A DNA stretch of 63,913 nt, the filler included, from Octopus bimaculoides (lineage: Eukaryota): assembly GCF_001194135.2 (NCBI RefSeq). It is 4 parts of 4 records of this genome, joined end to end, with 100 filler letters (N's around TTAATTAATTAA, not from the genome) between each part and the next. Parts side by side here need not be neighbours in the genome. Positions count along the whole stretch, not along the records: positions 49,859 to 63,913 come from NC_068999.1; 3 more parts are not named here. One strand, written 5' to 3'. The notes beneath the pieces are model-generated. The model did not search any database, was not told the origin of the DNA, and worked only from the letters and a program-made list of their open reading frames with translations. Positions 61,802 through 63,913 of the stretch are shown piece after piece (position 1 is the first letter of the stretch; each line of letters opens with the position of its first letter). Both the position numbers and the translations under genes were made by a program.

Positions 61802-63913
61802 TACACACATATATGCATATACATATATATACATGTACACACACACACACATATATGTATACAAATATACATTTACGTATACACGCACAAGGACACATAC
61901 ATATATATATATATACACATACGTACTCAAACACATTCAAAGACATATACATCTTTACACATATAAACACACACATATACTCATACATATGCACACACAC
62001 ATATATACACACATTTACACACACATATACACATACATATGCACACATATATACACACATTTACACACGCATACACACATACAAACATATGCACATATAC
62101 AAACATATACAACATATACAGACATATGCATACACGTGTACACTCACGTACACACACTGTCTCACAAACACACACACGTATACATCCATTGACGAAGAAT
62201 CTCATATGAGGAACAGATTCACGTAGAGCTTGTTCAAAGGAAACTTGAAGAGGAAAATAAAACGAAAACTACTTGTTGTTGCTGTCCATAACGAAGCATT
62301 CACCGAACGCCAAACTCTAAGTTACGACAGACATTTTGCAAACTGAAGAAGCTTAAATAAATGTCGCTATTTGCAGGGAAAGAATGGTATGGGTGTGTGT
62401 GGAAGTGGTGAAACATGTCATACTAAGTGGCAGCAAATGAAAATGCGTAAACCCCGGAGGATTATAAATGCCAACGCGAGAAAGTCTGGCCCAATCTCCA
62501 CGAGAAGTTTTTACTGAAAATATCGGTATAAAAAAAACGGAACGGGTATCAACGTGTATTAACCTTTTTCCTACCGGAATCAGAATACCCACTCAGAGAT
62601 TTATTACCATTCGTTTGTGGAAAGCGGCAGTTTTACGTACAGAAATACCGTTTGAGGAATGGCATAGCTTTGGGTCAGATGCGCCAGATTTATTGTGTGT
62701 AAAGTGCCACGCAGAAAATACCAATTCTGTTGTTGGCCTTCCAATTATTATTTTTTTATTTTTATTTTTATTTTTTTGAGGTGGTGGGGTATAATTAACA
62801 TCATTATGGAAATTATCATCATCATCATCATCATCAACGTTATCGTCATTGTCATTATCATCATCATCATCATCGTCGTCGTCATCATCCTCCTCATCAT
62901 AAGCTAAGTAAGTCAAAATAAGTTAAGTTAGCGCTTTTTGCGAAGTCACATATATTTCCTCGTTCATGTGGAGGTGTGAAATCTCCACATATAGAAAAAC
63001 CCGACAGAACAAAACCGAGTGAAATTTCGTGCTCAGCGCCCCCAAATTGCTTAAAACTTTCAAATCTTATTCAACAGACAAGAACAAAAACAAAAACAAA
63101 ATACAATAAACGAGAATAAAATTCGAAATATTTGAAAGACTACGAAATGGTGAAATTGCGAATCTAGTGATTTTAACACCTGTGAGTGTGCGCATGCGTC
63201 TACATGTTTTATGTGTACGTGTATGCATGTTTGTGTGTGCTTATGAGCATATGCTTCGTTACGAAGTATGCGTGTGTGTTTGTATGTATGTGCGTTGTAT
63301 TATGAAGTGTATGTGTGCATGTATGTGTGTGNNNNNNNNNNNNNNNNNNNNNNNNNNNNNNNNNCCTGTGAGTGTGCGCATGCGTCTACATGTTTTATGT
63401 GTACGTGTATGCATGTTTGTGTGTGCTTATGAGCATATGCTTCGTTACGAAGTATGCGTGTGTGTTTGTATGTATGTGCGTTGTATTATGAAGTGTATGT
63501 GTGCATGTATGTGTGTGTCTGTCCATGTGTGAGGGCAAGTGATGTATTACAATGCGTGGATATGCATTCGACTGCACGTGTCATGCGTGTACACACGCAT
63601 TGTACATTAGTACACATGGTGTGTGTGTGTGTACAAGAATTGTGTTATGCAGCTTGTGTGTGTGTGTGTGTGTGTGTGTGAGTGTGTGTGTGAGTGTGTG
63701 CGTGTTATTTATGTGTCTTATGTGTGTATATGCATGCATATGTAAATATGTGCATACATATACGTGCCTATATGTGTGTGATGTGCATGTATGTGTATGA
63801 GTGCACATATATGCTTACATGTATATGTTTATGCGTGTATATGTGTGTGAGTGTGTGCGAGTGTATCTCTGTGTGTGTATATGTGTGTGTGTGTATGTCT
63901 GTTCTGAATGTGT
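58260..63913. repeat. Mostly (TA)n, (CA)n/(TG)n, (GAT)n and (GTA)n microsatellites with SINE fragments and gaps
   Basis: Direct inspection; no recognisable protein motif. Confidence 0.7.

Overview
Repeat-dense animal genomic DNA with many N gaps and no prokaryotic features. The SINE, LINE and microsatellite landscape resembles a coleoid cephalopod (Octopus-like); this is an inference, not a database result. Two host genes can be supported. On the - strand, three spliced exons (9081-8935, 6037-5787, 5345-5226) encode a complete C-terminal MAM domain. On the + strand, 46575-46765 is the first coding exon of a D-amino-acid/D-aspartate oxidase. Most of the rest is transposon debris (RTE, CR1-like, L1/Tx1 and R4/Dong LINEs; mariner; several tRNA-derived SINE families; MITEs) and trinucleotide-derived arrays. 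Best observations: (1) an 8.25-kb hAT element (38087-46340) with TIRs and a perfect 8-bp TSD, ending about 210 bp before the oxidase exon; (2) a perfect 189-bp inverted copy of the oxidase intron inserted into the hAT transposase, so the exon is bracketed by complementary arms; (3) a tRNA-headed SINE carrying a CpG-decayed minimal hammerhead ribozyme; (4) a SINE 3' tail matching the 3' end of a Tx1/L1 LINE that sits in an (ATCT)n tract. Three artificial TTAATTAATTAA spacers mark assembly joins, so adjacency across 12955, 36996 and 49803 is uncertain. All translations, alignments and pairings were done by eye.
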